64,000 bases of DNA from Armatimonadota bacterium (GTDB lineage: Bacteria; Armatimonadota; HRBIN16): contig OY781964.1 in NCBI GenBank assembly GCA_963677485.1, positions 3,264,001 through 3,328,000 on the forward strand. The letters are read 5' to 3'. Positions within the stretch are counted from its first letter, which is position 1, and each line of letters begins with the position of its first letter. Below the pieces are notes generated by a model, which worked only from the letters and a program-made list of their open reading frames with translations, searched no databases and was not told where the DNA came from. The translations under genes were made by a program, and so were the position numbers. This document shows, piece by piece, positions 1-10,457 of the stretch.

Positions 1-193
1 GAGCCACATCCTGGTGGCAGGCACGCCACAAGAGCTCAAAGCACTGGGTCTGAATATCCCGGACGAGCCCGAAGTGGTGCAAGCCAATGCACTGGCCACT
101 CGTGAGGCCGAAGAGCAGGAGTTGGCGGCTGCAAAACGTCGCCGACGCGGCGGCCGGAAACATCACAAACCGCACACTCCTGGTGTAGCGTAG
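1..193 (+). CDS. 3' end of a CDS truncated by the window edge; basic low-complexity C-terminus
   Basis: Frame 2 is open from the edge: SHILVAGTPQELKALG...AAAKRRRRGGRKHHKPHTPGVA, TAG at 191-193. Confidence 0.55.
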   Translation, partial: SHILVAGTPQELKALGLNIPDEPEVVQANALATREAEEQELAAAKRRRRGGRKHHKPHTPGVA

Positions 194-202
194 CGGGGGA
201 GT

Positions 203-538
203 TTGGTGGATTATTTTACAAATATCTTCGACCTGCTGACCCCGTTCATGGCGTTGGTCTGCTTCGCACTGCCGGTTATGGTCGCCGTTGGCGATCTTCG
301 GATGAGGCGTAAGGGCCAGAAGCTCAGCGGTGAAGAGTTCATGGGCCGAATCCGGCTCTTTGCCTTTTCGCCGCTGCTGGGTTTGTCCGCTATGTTGATG
401 TTTGTGATGGATCATAGCCGTGACCAGCAGATGCAGTCGTTAAGTGATGGAGCCTTCATCGGCGGCATTGGATATGGCGTGGTGGTATTTATATCAATCA
501 CTCTGACCCGCATGATACTCTACAGGAGGCAACAATAG
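203..538 (+). CDS. small hypothetical membrane protein (~3 TM)
   Basis: Hydrophobic segments; GGGGAG RBS before a TTG start; stop overlaps the next start. Confidence 0.65.
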   Translation: MVDYFTNIFDLLTPFMALVCFALPVMVAVGDLRMRRKGQKLSGEEFMGRIRLFAFSPLLGLSAMLMFVMDHSRDQQMQSLSDGAFIGGIGYGVVVFISITLTRMILYRRQQ

Positions 539-870
539 TGGAATACGAGACGTATGTAGCTATTGCTGCCTTCGCCTTCCTCTGTACGCCGGTTCTGACC
601 TTTCTTACACCATCGAAACTGATTGAAGGTGCCCACCGGCGGTGGCTGTTACTATTGACGCGAAACTACTGGCTCTCATTGACCGGCCTGTCGCTGTGCT
701 TGTGGCAACTACTGAGCTGGGCGTATCCATACCCCGGTGGGATTCGATACTGGTACAGCCTGGGTGCAGGCTTAGTAGTTGGGATTCTAGCTGGTATTAT
801 GCTCTTGCGGGAATATGTTCTATGTTTGCGAACACCTGAACCTTCAGAAAGCGAGACAGAGATAGTATGA
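538..870 (+). CDS. small hypothetical membrane protein (~3 TM)
   Basis: Hydrophobic segments; TAGTG and ATGA overlaps couple it to both neighbours. Confidence 0.65.
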   Translation: MEYETYVAIAAFAFLCTPVLTFLTPSKLIEGAHRRWLLLLTRNYWLSLTGLSLCLWQLLSWAYPYPGGIRYWYSLGAGLVVGILAGIMLLREYVLCLRTPEPSESETEIV

Positions 871-1382
871 TTTTGCGAAGACGCCTGCTTAACATCCTGG
901 CCGTGATCGCTGTGGCTTATGTAGTGTATGCGCTATCTGCTCCTGATGTGCCACCAACACCCAAAAGTAGTCCATCCATTCAGTTGTCAATGCTTGATGG
1001 CAAAACGGCGAAACTGAGTGATTACCGCGGGAAAGTGGTAGTGCTGGACTTTTGGGCGAGCTGGTGTAACCCCTGTAAAATGAGCGTGCCTGACATGAAT
1101 AAACTGGCTAAGGAATACGCAGGCAAGGGTGTGGTGGTGCTCGCTGTGGCGACGGACACCGCACGCGACAACGTAGATAAGGGCATCAAGGAGTTTGGCA
1201 TTGAGTATCCCGTGGTATGGGATCATGACAGCGGACTTCAGTCGGCGTTCCAAGTGTCGAGTTACCCCACTGTGGTGATCATCGACAAAAAAGGCCTGAT
1301 CAGCCGCAAACTGCAAGGGTATGATCCTTCTCAAACGCCCGTGGATCTTCGAAACCAGATCGACTCCGTCCTGGTCCGGTAG
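867..1382 (+). CDS. TlpA/ResA-family membrane-anchored thiol-disulfide oxidoreductase
   Basis: N-terminal TM; [21 protein letters not shown] thioredoxin motif; cis-Pro YPT motif. Confidence 0.92.
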   Translation: MILRRRLLNILAVIAVAYVVYALSAPDVPPTPKSSPSIQLSMLDGKTAKLSDYRGKVVVLDFWASWCNPCKMSVPDMNKLAKEYAGKGVVVLAVATDTARDNVDKGIKEFGIEYPVVWDHDSGLQSAFQVSSYPTVVIIDKKGLISRKLQGYDPSQTPVDLRNQIDSVLVR

Positions 1383-1447
1383 CCCACAATGCCGATGTAT
1401 ATCCCAGAATCATAGGCGATTTCGCGACTTTGTAAGTGGCTTGGTTG

Positions 1448-1900
1448 GCTATGTCCGGGGCGGTCTGTCAGTACGCCTGCGGAGGCCACTGTCTGTAGAC
1501 CGCGCCGGTCTGGTTCCTGACACAAATCTATCAGGCCTATCCGCCAGACCGGCGCGGTCTTGAGCCTTCTGCATCCGCTAGCCTACGCACAGACCGCCCC
1601 GGACATAGGCAACACGTGACTGCAATAAGGGCGAGCAGCCAACTCTTACATCGCTCTGTCGCTTCAGCGTGACGCATCAGTTACACCATGGGCTGCCGTG
1701 CAGGTACGGACGGGTGCTTGTTCCTGACACAGATCTTTCATGGCTATCCGCCAGACCGGCGCGGTCTTGAGCCTTCTGCATCCGCTAACCTTCTCACAGA
1801 CCGCCCCGGACATAGGCAACACGTGACTGCAATAAGGGCGAACAGCCAACTCGAACATCACTCTGTCGCCTCAGTTACCGCCTGGGCTACCGTGAATGCA
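1448..1900. repeat. nested-palindrome REP/REPIN-like element plus a ~200 bp tandem duplication
   Basis: GTCCGGGGCGGT (1453) ... ACCGCCCCGGACATAGGC (to 1610) with inner ACCGCGCCGGTCT/AGACCGGCGCGGT; ~1514-1700 is repeated at ~1721-1900. Confidence 0.8.
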
Positions 1901-1996
1901 CGGGCTGTCGCTTGTTGTTCAGGAGCCGAGACGTTTATGTCGCCGCATTCGAATATGCGGGACCGGCTTGAGTGAAATCAAGCCAGCCTAAAGAAC

Positions 1997-2034
1997 AAAA
2001 AAGGCGGGGAGCAGATTTGTCTGCTCCCCGCCTT
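1997..2034 (-). terminator. Rho-independent terminator of the transporter gene
   Basis: Perfect 15-bp stem AAGGCGGGGAGCAGA / TCTGCTCCCCGCCTT with a 4-nt loop, followed by a T-run on the minus strand, ~20 bp after the stop. Confidence 0.85.
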
Positions 2035-2052
2035 CTAGATGATCGAGCCGGG

Positions 2053-3930
2053 TTATTTCGCGGCTTTAGCGGCGAAGTTCACCACGCTGTAGAGTATCGG
2101 CGCAAGAAACTGCACAAATACCACCTTGAGAATGGTTGCAATCGGGTAGACGCTGGACCATCCTAACACAGGCAGCTCACTTCGCGTTTGCGATATGGAG
2201 GCACCCAGTGCAGGAGGGTTCGTCATGCAGGCCGCCAATGCGCCGCTGGTAGTCAGCCACCGGAGGCGGAATATCACCAGCATGGTGACCAGCGTGAGAA
2301 TCCAGCAGACTGTGGTGACCGCTGCGCCGGCACCGACCAGGCTCCAGCCGTATTTGCTGAACACATCCGCGAATTTAGCTCCACCATCCAGACCGGCTCC
2401 GGCCAGGAACAGCATCAAGCCAAACTCCTTGCAGAAGTTTGCGGCAGCGGTTGGGACGTGAAGGTGCCATGGGCCCACTTTACCGTAGTAACCAAATACC
2501 AGCGATATGAGGAATGCGCCTCCCGCCGTGCTGAGTGTGATCGAACTTGCGCCGATCGGGAACTCTTGCACGCCGATAAACACACCGATGAGCAGACCTG
2601 CCAGGAAAGGCAGGAAGCTGGTCTCTTCGGCGGTATGGGCTCCGCCCTCTAGACGCTTGGTCACTTCAACAACGCCTTCACGCTCACCTACGATGCACAG
2701 GTTGTCATTGTGCATCAACTCACTGGAGCCTGTGGGGGTTAGCTCCGCACCCTGACGTCGGATACGGGTGACTGTTACACCAAATCGGTTGAACAGGTCA
2801 AGCTCGGCTAGCGTTTTATTAGCATATTTCAGTGACAGCAGATCAAGGTCAACGGATACCACGTTGGGGTTTGTGTGCCAATGGGTTTCGCACTCTTCGC
2901 CGATCAACAGACCGAGCTTATCGAGCTCACCCGCTTCGCCTACAGCCAGAAGGATGTCGTCAGTCTTGATGACAAAGGTGGCTGTGGTGCTGTGTACCTC
3001 GTCACCGCGTCGGACCCGGCTGATATTGACATTGATATGTCGGTCGGGGTTAATCTGTGTGATGGTCTTTCCATCTATCATGCTGTTGGTCACACGGAAC
3101 GCACGCCGGGCCAGATGCCCTTTGCCTGCGCGTCGCTCCACATCCCAGCTCTGCTCTTCCTTCTTGAAATCGCGTTTTAGAAGTTTGGGCAGTAGTTGGA
3201 TGAGCAGCACCGTGCCTACCATACTGAAGGGATATGCCAGCGCGTAACCGGCTACTGCGTTACCGCTTTTGATACCCCAGGCCGCGGCACTGGGCAACGC
3301 GTCCAGCACCGGCTTGGCAGCGCCCAATGCGGGGGTGTTCGTCATGGCACCGCAGAATAAACCCGTGGCGATATCCGGGGGAAGCTTCATCACGATCGCA
3401 GCAATGACGACCACAGCCATCGCAGAAAAAACACTCACAGCCGTGATCGTAAGGAATTTCAGGCCGGAACGCTTGAAGGTTCGGATGAACGCAGGACCAG
3501 CTTGCAGGCCGACCGCATACAGGAAGATCAGCAGACCTACGGTCTTCAGGTCTTCGAGTTCGATGATCTCCTTGATATGGTCCGCACTAACGACCTTCTT
3601 CACCTCAGCTTTGGTGATGCTGGTTGTTGCGGCAGGCTCGGTCTTAGCAGCCTCAAGTTGCGCCTTGGCGGCGATATCCTTGAGGTCCGCTTTCGGGGTG
3701 ATCTTGAGCTGCAGCTCTATTGCTTTGATAGAGGGTTCAGGTATGCCGCGTACCACGGCATCGGGTAACACGTTTTGGCACAGATGGCCGAAGACCAGTG
3801 CGATCAGCAGAACCAGAGTGGTTCCTAACGAGATGCCTTTTATTTTGAACCGCCCCAGCCAAATTCCTAAGGCCAGGATCAGGAAAAGCACAAAGTACTT
3901 CTTTCCGAACAGGAAAACGAGATATTCCAT
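2053..3930 (-). CDS. AspT/YidE/YbjL-family transporter with two TrkA-C domains
   Basis: GLLIFLYAVGLQAGPAF, GAMTNTPALGAA, two TrkA-C-like segments, second repeat ACMTNPPAL; AGGAGG RBS before the ATG at 3930. Confidence 0.9.
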   Translation of the reverse strand: MEYLVFLFGKKYFVLFLILALGIWLGRFKIKGISLGTTLVLLIALVFGHLCQNVLPDAVVRGIPEPSIKAIELQLKITPKADLKDIAAKAQLEAAKTEPAATTSITKAEVKKVVSADHIKEIIELEDLKTVGLLIFLYAVGLQAGPAFIRTFKRSGLKFLTITAVSVFSAMAVVVIAAIVMKLPPDIATGLFCGAMTNTPALGAAKPVLDALPSAAAWGIKSGNAVAGYALAYPFSMVGTVLLIQLLPKLLKRDFKKEEQSWDVERRAGKGHLARRAFRVTNSMIDGKTITQINPDRHINVNISRVRRGDEVHSTTATFVIKTDDILLAVGEAGELDKLGLLIGEECETHWHTNPNVVSVDLDLLSLKYANKTLAELDLFNRFGVTVTRIRRQGAELTPTGSSELMHNDNLCIVGEREGVVEVTKRLEGGAHTAEETSFLPFLAGLLIGVFIGVQEFPIGASSITLSTAGGAFLISLVFGYYGKVGPWHLHVPTAAANFCKEFGLMLFLAGAGLDGGAKFADVFSKYGWSLVGAGAAVTTVCWILTLVTMLVIFRLRWLTTSGALAACMTNPPALGASISQTRSELPVLGWSSVYPIATILKVVFVQFLAPILYSVVNFAAKAAK

Positions 3931-4269
3931 GTGGTACCTCCTAGTTAAAGAGTACAAAATTATCTAATAAGAATCAAATGCAGCCGGTCTCCAGTGTGTA
4001 TAAACGGAACACATGGTATGCTGGTATCAACCCACGGTGGTTGGATGGTTCGCTTCGGTCTTGAGGGTAGGTTATATTTGATGGATTTGGGACTGCACAC
4101 ATCATGGCCATTCCTCCCGGTATCCGTGAGCCACAGCTTACCGCCTATTGATGTCGGATATCTGTCATGATATCGCCATAGTTGGTAACATATATGTGTA
4201 TTTCAGGAATGAAATTACCATAAACATGGTTACCTGATGGCGGGTAGCCGTAACACATCGGGAGTGGGT

Positions 4270-5394
4270 ATGCGCAGTAAAACTGATATCCTGGCGGAAG
4301 AGATATGGAAAGAATATGTCTATTGCGGGTTGTTAGGCCAATCGCAGTCGCTGCCTAGTATCCGTGCCATCCACGCCAGATTTGGCGGCTCACACAGCCA
4401 GATTATCCAGGCACTACATACCCTTTGCGAACTCGGCATCGCCGAAAAGCGCCCAGATGGCGGTTGCGTGCTGGTGAACACCGAAATCCCATTCCGAAAC
4501 TATTCTGACCTAAAAATCGGCATCGTAGTCACAGACACCGTGCCTAACAGCTTCTGCATGAGGCTGTTGGAAGGGGCCAGACGTAAATGTACGGAACATG
4601 GCTGTATGCTGCTGATCTCATCCTCAAACGCCGACTACGATAAGGAATCGGATTGTCTGCAGCAGCTCATCAACGCCAAATGCGCGGGCGTGATCATGCT
4701 GCCCACGGTGCGCACACGCGATCAGATTGTGGATGACCACCTCTGCACTCAAAACCTGGACTACCCGATAGTGCTGGTGGACCAAACCTATCCACACCAG
4801 AAGCGCCCTCAGCTCATCTTTGACAATGAGCAGGCGGGGTTTGAAATGACGACGCTGCTGTTGGCGGCGGGACATCGCCGCATTGTGTTCATGGATGCCA
4901 ACCAGGCTGACAGACGGGTTGCTTACCGCAGTGTGAAAGAGCGGCATCTGGGGTATGTGAAGGCACTTCGCAAAGCTGGTATCACCCCAGACCCAAGCTG
5001 GTGCTGGAGCGGACTGAGCTGGCTCCACCCGGGTGTTCTCAGCTTGCACCTGCGCGCGAACCTGAAGCGATGGGCAAAGCTAGACCCCACTCTCCGGCCC
5101 ACTGCTGCTTTAGCGGTGGAGGATTACAGTGCCAGGCTGACGATGGATATGCTGGCCGAAATGGGATTTGAGGGCGAGATGACCGTCACTGGCTTTGACA
5201 ACCTCACACAGTATCAGCTTTCCGGTCAGCCCTTCCCAACCACTGGTCCCAACTTGATACGGGCCGGTGAAATCGCCGCCGAGATGCTGTTTAAGCACAT
5301 CGACGGGCAATTGTCACTAAACGCCACGATGATCATGCCGGTGCCCATCATCCCTCGCGACCTGCAAGGGCATATCGCCACCAGCAACGCCTGA
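4270..5394 (+). CDS. GntR-type HTH fused to a LacI-type sugar-binding domain (AraR-like regulator)
   Basis: LPSIRAI...QALHTL wHTH; PIVLVD, FDNEQAG, GHRRI and VTGFDN effector-domain motifs; GGAG RBS before 4270 (ORF open from 4237). Confidence 0.85.
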   Translation: MRSKTDILAEEIWKEYVYCGLLGQSQSLPSIRAIHARFGGSHSQIIQALHTLCELGIAEKRPDGGCVLVNTEIPFRNYSDLKIGIVVTDTVPNSFCMRLLEGARRKCTEHGCMLLISSSNADYDKESDCLQQLINAKCAGVIMLPTVRTRDQIVDDHLCTQNLDYPIVLVDQTYPHQKRPQLIFDNEQAGFEMTTLLLAAGHRRIVFMDANQADRRVAYRSVKERHLGYVKALRKAGITPDPSWCWSGLSWLHPGVLSLHLRANLKRWAKLDPTLRPTAALAVEDYSARLTMDMLAEMGFEGEMTVTGFDNLTQYQLSGQPFPTTGPNLIRAGEIAAEMLFKHIDGQLSLNATMIMPVPIIPRDLQGHIATSNA

Positions 5395-5487
5395 GCGGCC
5401 AATGCATCAGCAGGAATCGCGCTCGGCTTCGGCAAACATAGATTTGACATCATCTTCGCACACTCATCATATCTAGGAGTTATACAT

Positions 5488-7935
5488 ATGAAACAGTCCC
5501 TTAATGGTGCCTGGCAGTTAACAGGTGATCGGTTACACGCGCCGGTGAAGGCTGTGGTTCCGGGCGGTGTTCATGTCGACCTGATGGCGGCGGGTGTTAT
5601 TCCCGACAGCTTCGTCGGTGACAACGAATACCGTGTCGCCTGGGTGCATGAAGCCGACTGGAGTTACAGTCGCAAGTTTGATCTGCCGCCAAATGCCGGT
5701 TTACGTGACCCCGCCTGGCTGGTGTTTGACGGTCTAGATACCTTCGCCGCCATCAGACTGAATGGTGAACAACTGGCCGAAACCAACAATATGCATGTGC
5801 AGTATCGTGTTGAAGTAACAGCGAAACTCAAAGCCACGGACAATCTTCTTGAGGTGGTCTTTACATCTCCTGTGAAAGCGGTAGCTGAGGACATGGCACG
5901 CGACCCGCTGGATGCACCCGGCCCCGATATGTGCATACAGGGCATGATCTACGCGCGTAAGGCGATGTGCCACTGGGGCTGGGACTGGGGTCCAAAGAAC
6001 CCGACCAGCGGCATCTGGCGCGATGTCTATCTGGAGACCGCTTCGGTCGCGCGGATCGCGGAGATGACACTCGACCAAAAACACATCGATGGCAAGGTGT
6101 CACTGAGCTGTCGGGCATCGATCGAGCGTTTCTCCCAGGAACCCGTGAAGCTGCTTCTGGTCTGCACTCACCCTGACGGCTCTGAGCAGACATACGAGAC
6201 CAGCGTGACGGGTAACGAGTGGCTGGCTGAGTTCGAGGTCAATGACCCTCAGCTTTGGTGGCCCAACGGGTATGGTGAGCAGCCGCTGTATCAACTGTCG
6301 CTTTGTCTACTGCATGACACCCATGTGATTGACGGCGTGAATAAGCAGATCGGGCTGCGCACTTTGGAGCTGGACCGCACGCCGGACGAGTGGGGCGCAC
6401 GCTTTATGGTGCTGGTGAATGGTCGGCCGATTTGGGGTAAAGGCGGCGACTGGATACCCAGCGACCAGTATCCCACCCGTGTCACCCGCAAGCATTTGGA
6501 GTACCTGCTGTGGAGTGCGAAAGAGTCGAACTTCAACATGCTGCGCTGCTGGGGCGGCGCCTACTATGAGGATGAGGCATTCTATGACCTGTGCGACGAA
6601 TTCGGTTTGCTGGTGTGGCAGGACTTCATGTTTGCCTGTGGGCAGTATCCCACCGATCCTGCGTTCCTGGCCAATGTGAAGAACGAGGCGGAGCAGGTGG
6701 TAAGCCGCCTGCGCCACCGTGCTTGTCTGGCGTTATGGTGTGGCAACAACGAGCAGGAGTGGATGCTGTGGCAAGGCTTTGGCGGCAAACGCTGTGCTGA
6801 GTTTAAGCTGGAATATCCCAAAATCTACCACGATGTTCTTCCTGAGGTGTGCAGGCGTCTCGACCCTGAGCGTCCTTACTGGCCTGCTTCTCCGCACAGT
6901 GAGGGTGAGCTTTATGAAGACCCCAACGGAGAGGCATCTGGCGATGCGCATTACTGGGAGGTGTGGCACGGTAAGAAGCCGTTCTCGGATTACCGCAACC
7001 ACTACTTCCGGTTTATGAGTGAGTTCGGATTTGAGTCCTTCCCAGATATCGAGACCGTGCGCAGCTTCGCCAAGCCAGAGGAAGAAAACCCGCTGAGCTA
7101 TGTGATGGAGTGCCATCAGAAGAATTCGGCAGGCAACGGGTTGATCCTGCACTACCTGGCTCAGACCTTCCAGTATCCTTACCGGTTTGATGACCTTTGC
7201 TATGTCAGTCAGCTACTGCAGGCCGAAGCGATGCGCTACGGCGTGGAGCACTGGCGACGCAACCGCAACGGCTATCGCTGCATGGGCGCCACCTATTGGC
7301 AGTTCAACGACATTTGGCCTGTGGCAAGCTGGGCGAGCGTGGACTACTATGGCCGCTGGAAGGCGCTGCAGTATATCGCCAAAAGGTTCTTCCAACCGGT
7401 GGGCTTGAGTATCTGTGAGCAAGGCACCAGTGCCAGCATCCACGTGACGAATGACACCAGCAATGAGATTATCGGCAAGCTGCGCTGGTGGCTGGAGAAC
7501 ACAGATGGCCAGCCAGTGGCTTGCGGAACGCAGGACGTCATCGCAGCCCCTGAGTGTAACACCGAGCTGGTGGGCCGCGACTTCGTCGCTGAGCTGCAGG
7601 GAGACGCACGCCGCAGCGTGATGCTGTTTGCGGAGCTGCTGGTGGATGAGCAGGTCGTCAGTCGGGCTGCGGTGGCCTTCGTGCCCTGCAAGCATCTGGA
7701 GCTGCGCGATCCTGGTTTGAGTGTGCGCATCGAGGGTGAGCAGCTAGTGGTCACCGCCCAACGTGCTGCGCGGTTTGTGTGGCTGCGGATACCTGGCAAG
7801 AATCTGGTGTTTGACGACAACTACTTCGACATCTCGGCTGGTGAGCAGCGGGTGATCTCTGTGCTTCGGGCTGACGAGGATTATGATCTGGGGCAGGTTG
7901 AGCTGCGCTCGTTGTGGGACAGCTACCAGCCGTAA
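5488..7935 (+). CDS. GH2 beta-mannosidase
   Basis: GLDTFA, RKAMCHWGWDWGP, NMLRCWGG, LWCGNNE (acid/base), RFMSEFG (nucleophile), YWQFNDIWP. Confidence 0.93.
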   Translation: MKQSLNGAWQLTGDRLHAPVKAVVPGGVHVDLMAAGVIPDSFVGDNEYRVAWVHEADWSYSRKFDLPPNAGLRDPAWLVFDGLDTFAAIRLNGEQLAETNNMHVQYRVEVTAKLKATDNLLEVVFTSPVKAVAEDMARDPLDAPGPDMCIQGMIYARKAMCHWGWDWGPKNPTSGIWRDVYLETASVARIAEMTLDQKHIDGKVSLSCRASIERFSQEPVKLLLVCTHPDGSEQTYETSVTGNEWLAEFEVNDPQLWWPNGYGEQPLYQLSLCLLHDTHVIDGVNKQIGLRTLELDRTPDEWGARFMVLVNGRPIWGKGGDWIPSDQYPTRVTRKHLEYLLWSAKESNFNMLRCWGGAYYEDEAFYDLCDEFGLLVWQDFMFACGQYPTDPAFLANVKNEAEQVVSRLRHRACLALWCGNNEQEWMLWQGFGGKRCAEFKLEYPKIYHDVLPEVCRRLDPERPYWPASPHSEGELYEDPNGEASGDAHYWEVWHGKKPFSDYRNHYFRFMSEFGFESFPDIETVRSFAKPEEENPLSYVMECHQKNSAGNGLILHYLAQTFQYPYRFDDLCYVSQLLQAEAMRYGVEHWRRNRNGYRCMGATYWQFNDIWPVASWASVDYYGRWKALQYIAKRFFQPVGLSICEQGTSASIHVTNDTSNEIIGKLRWWLENTDGQPVACGTQDVIAAPECNTELVGRDFVAELQGDARRSVMLFAELLVDEQVVSRAAVAFVPCKHLELRDPGLSVRIEGEQLVVTAQRAARFVWLRIPGKNLVFDDNYFDISAGEQRVISVLRADEDYDLGQVELRSLWDSYQP

Positions 7936-7957
7936 GCGTCCTGGCGAGTAACATATT

Positions 7958-8626
7958 GCCTATGTCCGGGGCGGTCTGGCAGTTGGCCAGCGGTAGCGGA
8001 GAGCTCAAGACCGCGCCGGTCTGGCGGATAGCCGGGTAGCCCTTGTCCCGCATGGATCAAGACCGGCGCGGTGGGGAAAACTATCCGGACGTTGGTCATT
8101 GCCTATGTCCGGGGCGGTCTGGCAGTAGGCTAGCGGTGGCGGAGGGCTTAAGACCGCGCCGGTCTGGCGGATAGCCGGGTAGCGCTTGTCCCGCATGGAT
8201 CAAGAGCGGCGCGGTTAGGAGAAAACCGCCCCGGACATCGGAAATTGGTGGTTTTTAATGGACATTAATGCCTATGACCGGGGCGGTCTGGCAGTTGGCT
8301 AGCGGTGGCGGAGAGCTCAAGACCGCGCCGGTCTGGCGGATAGCCGGGTAGCGCTTGTCTCGCATGTATCAAGACCGGCGCGGTTAGGAGCAAACCGCCC
8401 CGGACTTAGGCGAATGAAGACCGGCGGAGTAAGGAAAACCACCCGGACGTTGGTAGTTGCCTGTGTCCGGGGCGGTCTGGCAGTAAGCTAGCGGCTGTAG
8501 AATGCTCAAGACCGCGCCGGTCTGGCGGATAGCCGGGTAGCGCTTGTCCCGCATGGATCAAGACCGGCGCGGTTAGGAGAAAACCGCCCCGGACTTAGGC
8601 GAATGAAAACCGCCCCGGACTTGGGC
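7958..8626. repeat. array of ~4 nested-palindrome REPIN/MITE-like units (~140 bp each) between convergent genes
   Basis: Units start GCCTATGTCCGGGGCGGTCTGGCAG near 7958, 8101, 8270 and 8459, most ending ACCGCCCCGGAC; conserved core CTCAAGACCGCGCCGGTCTGGCGGATAGCCGGGTAG. Confidence 0.9.
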
Positions 8627-8651
8627 AACACTGTTGGTCATCGGCCTGACC

Positions 8652-9314
8652 TTACAACTCCAGGTGGCCGTCATGCATGTGGTACATGGTGTCGCACTCT
8701 CTCAGCATGGCGGGATCGTGCGATACGACCAGCACCGCGCCACGGGACCGATATCCTGCGATCAGCTTCATCACTGCCTCACCGTTGGTGCGGTCCAGGG
8801 AGGCGGTGGGCTCATCTGCGAATAGTATGTCGGGCTGGTGTGCCGTGGCTCGCGCGACGCAGACCCTCTGCTTCTCACCACCGGATAGCTTATAGGGCCG
8901 CCTGGACTCCAAGTGATGGAGGCCTAACTGCTGCATCACCTCATGCGCCTGCATGACAGATTGCGCACCACCGCATGGTGCGGCCAGAAGCACATTCTCC
9001 AGCGCACTCAGGTAGGTCATGAGGTATGGCTGCTGGAAAACAAACCCGAAGTCACGCAAACGCAGCCCCATCAACTTGGGTTCTGGCAGCATATGCATGT
9101 CGGTGTCTTGGTAGATCACCGTGCCCTCGGTGGGCCGCTTCAGGCCAGACAGCAGATACAGCAGGCTGCTTTTGCCGCTTCCGGACGGGCCCATCACGCC
9201 CACGAATTCGCCCTTGTGAATCTTGATATCGACATGGTCGACCGCGAAAGTCTTTTCTGTGCCTTCTTGATACAAAAGGCTGAGCTGTTGTCCCTGCAGG
9301 ATTACCTCTGGCAT
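8652..9314 (-). CDS. ABC transporter ATP-binding protein (LolD/MacB-like)
   Basis: GPSGSGKS, LSGGEKQRV, ILFADEPT, VSHD. Confidence 0.93.
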   Translation of the reverse strand: MPEVILQGQQLSLLYQEGTEKTFAVDHVDIKIHKGEFVGVMGPSGSGKSSLLYLLSGLKRPTEGTVIYQDTDMHMLPEPKLMGLRLRDFGFVFQQPYLMTYLSALENVLLAAPCGGAQSVMQAHEVMQQLGLHHLESRRPYKLSGGEKQRVCVARATAHQPDILFADEPTASLDRTNGEAVMKLIAGYRSRGAVLVVSHDPAMLRECDTMYHMHDGHLEL

Positions 9315-9317
9315 CGC

Positions 9318-10457
9318 CTACAGCTTCCTTTCGATGATGGCCACAGGATCGAAGCTCAGCAGGCGGCTGCCCGCGGTGATGGAGGCGAAGGCCAGTACCG
9401 TCAGGGGCAGCGGCAGGGTATAGGCGTAACTGCCGATGTCATATGGATTTAGCAGCAGCCCACGCGGCGCAAATACCAGTTGATTTAGAAGGTTCAGCAA
9501 CGCGATGGTCAGAACAGCTCCCAGTGCCCAGCCACCTACCACCATCAGGCTGGTTTCGCGCACGATCCTGGCCAGCAGACGTCTGCGCGTGTATCCCATG
9601 GCGGTCAGCAGGGCGAATTCGGGCAGCCTTTGGGTGAAATAGATGTTGCTGAGAAGCCCCATCATGATGGCCAGCACGAAAACCACAACAGTAACGACCA
9701 CCTTCATGATGAGGTAGAGGTTCTCCAGCGATTCGCGTAGCTCCTTCACTAGCATCCCGAAGGTGAACATCCGCACCTGAGTGGGGTCAAGGGATTTCTT
9801 GTTTTTTGCATCTAGTGCGGTTTGCGTTTTGATGCTGCCAGAGGTGAGCATGCTGCTCTCCATGGCCGGAAAATAGTGTTCGGCCACAAACTCATAGCTT
9901 GTGACCGCAAACCAGTTTTCGCCATCCAGCAGACCCACCAGTTTCACCGGCTTGGGCGAATAGGAGTCGGACTGATCTGGACTGAGCACCGTGTCGCCGA
10001 TCTTCACTCGCTTGTTCTTAGCTAACGCCACGGACAGCACGCACTCGGGTGCGTTCTGCTTTGGCATCCGGCCCTCTATCAGCCGCATACCGGTCAGTGT
10101 GAGGACCTTGGGCATATCTGCCTGCTTTAGTCCGAACAGCACGAACGGAAACTTGCCGAAGATGCTGCGGATGGTGGTGAAGGCGGGTCGGAACGCTACC
10201 TGCTGTTTGATTTCGGACATCATATAGAGTTGGCCTTGCACTTCCGGGGTCAGTTCCACGCCGTTGCGCGGGGTCACAATCGCGAAGTGACGGTTGTATC
10301 CATACACCGTGAGCACCGTCAGGTCAATGCTGCGTATGACCGTGATGACGGCACCGATCAGCACCACCGCCAGTGCGATCACCGCTGTGACAGGGGCGGT
10401 CCGGGCTAGATTGCGGCTGATGAACAGCCGTGCCGAGAGGGGGTTGAATGCCTTCAT
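9318..10457 (-). CDS. FtsX/MacB-type ABC permease
   Basis: N-terminal TM, large periplasmic domain, QRLPEFALLTAMGY followed by 3 TM; coupled to the ATPase. Confidence 0.85.
   Translation of the reverse strand: MKAFNPLSARLFISRNLARTAPVTAVIALAVVLIGAVITVIRSIDLTVLTVYGYNRHFAIVTPRNGVELTPEVQGQLYMMSEIKQQVAFRPAFTTIRSIFGKFPFVLFGLKQADMPKVLTLTGMRLIEGRMPKQNAPECVLSVALAKNKRVKIGDTVLSPDQSDSYSPKPVKLVGLLDGENWFAVTSYEFVAEHYFPAMESSMLTSGSIKTQTALDAKNKKSLDPTQVRMFTFGMLVKELRESLENLYLIMKVVVTVVVFVLAIMMGLLSNIYFTQRLPEFALLTAMGYTRRRLLARIVRETSLMVVGGWALGAVLTIALLNLLNQLVFAPRGLLLNPYDIGSYAYTLPLPLTVLAFASITAGSRLLSFDPVAIIERKL

Noticed and set aside
1321-2166. Short ORFs in the repeat region (also 7751-8196)
   Set aside because: Derived from REP-like repeats and the terminator; the same peptide fragments recur at each repeat copy
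5444-5472. Sigma70 promoter for the mannosidase
   Set aside because: TTGACA is present but there is no convincing -10 box at 16-18 bp
7958-8626. Possible CRISPR array (also 44443-44958)
   Set aside because: Units are ~140 bp nested palindromes conserved along their whole length, with no unique equal-length spacers and no cas genes
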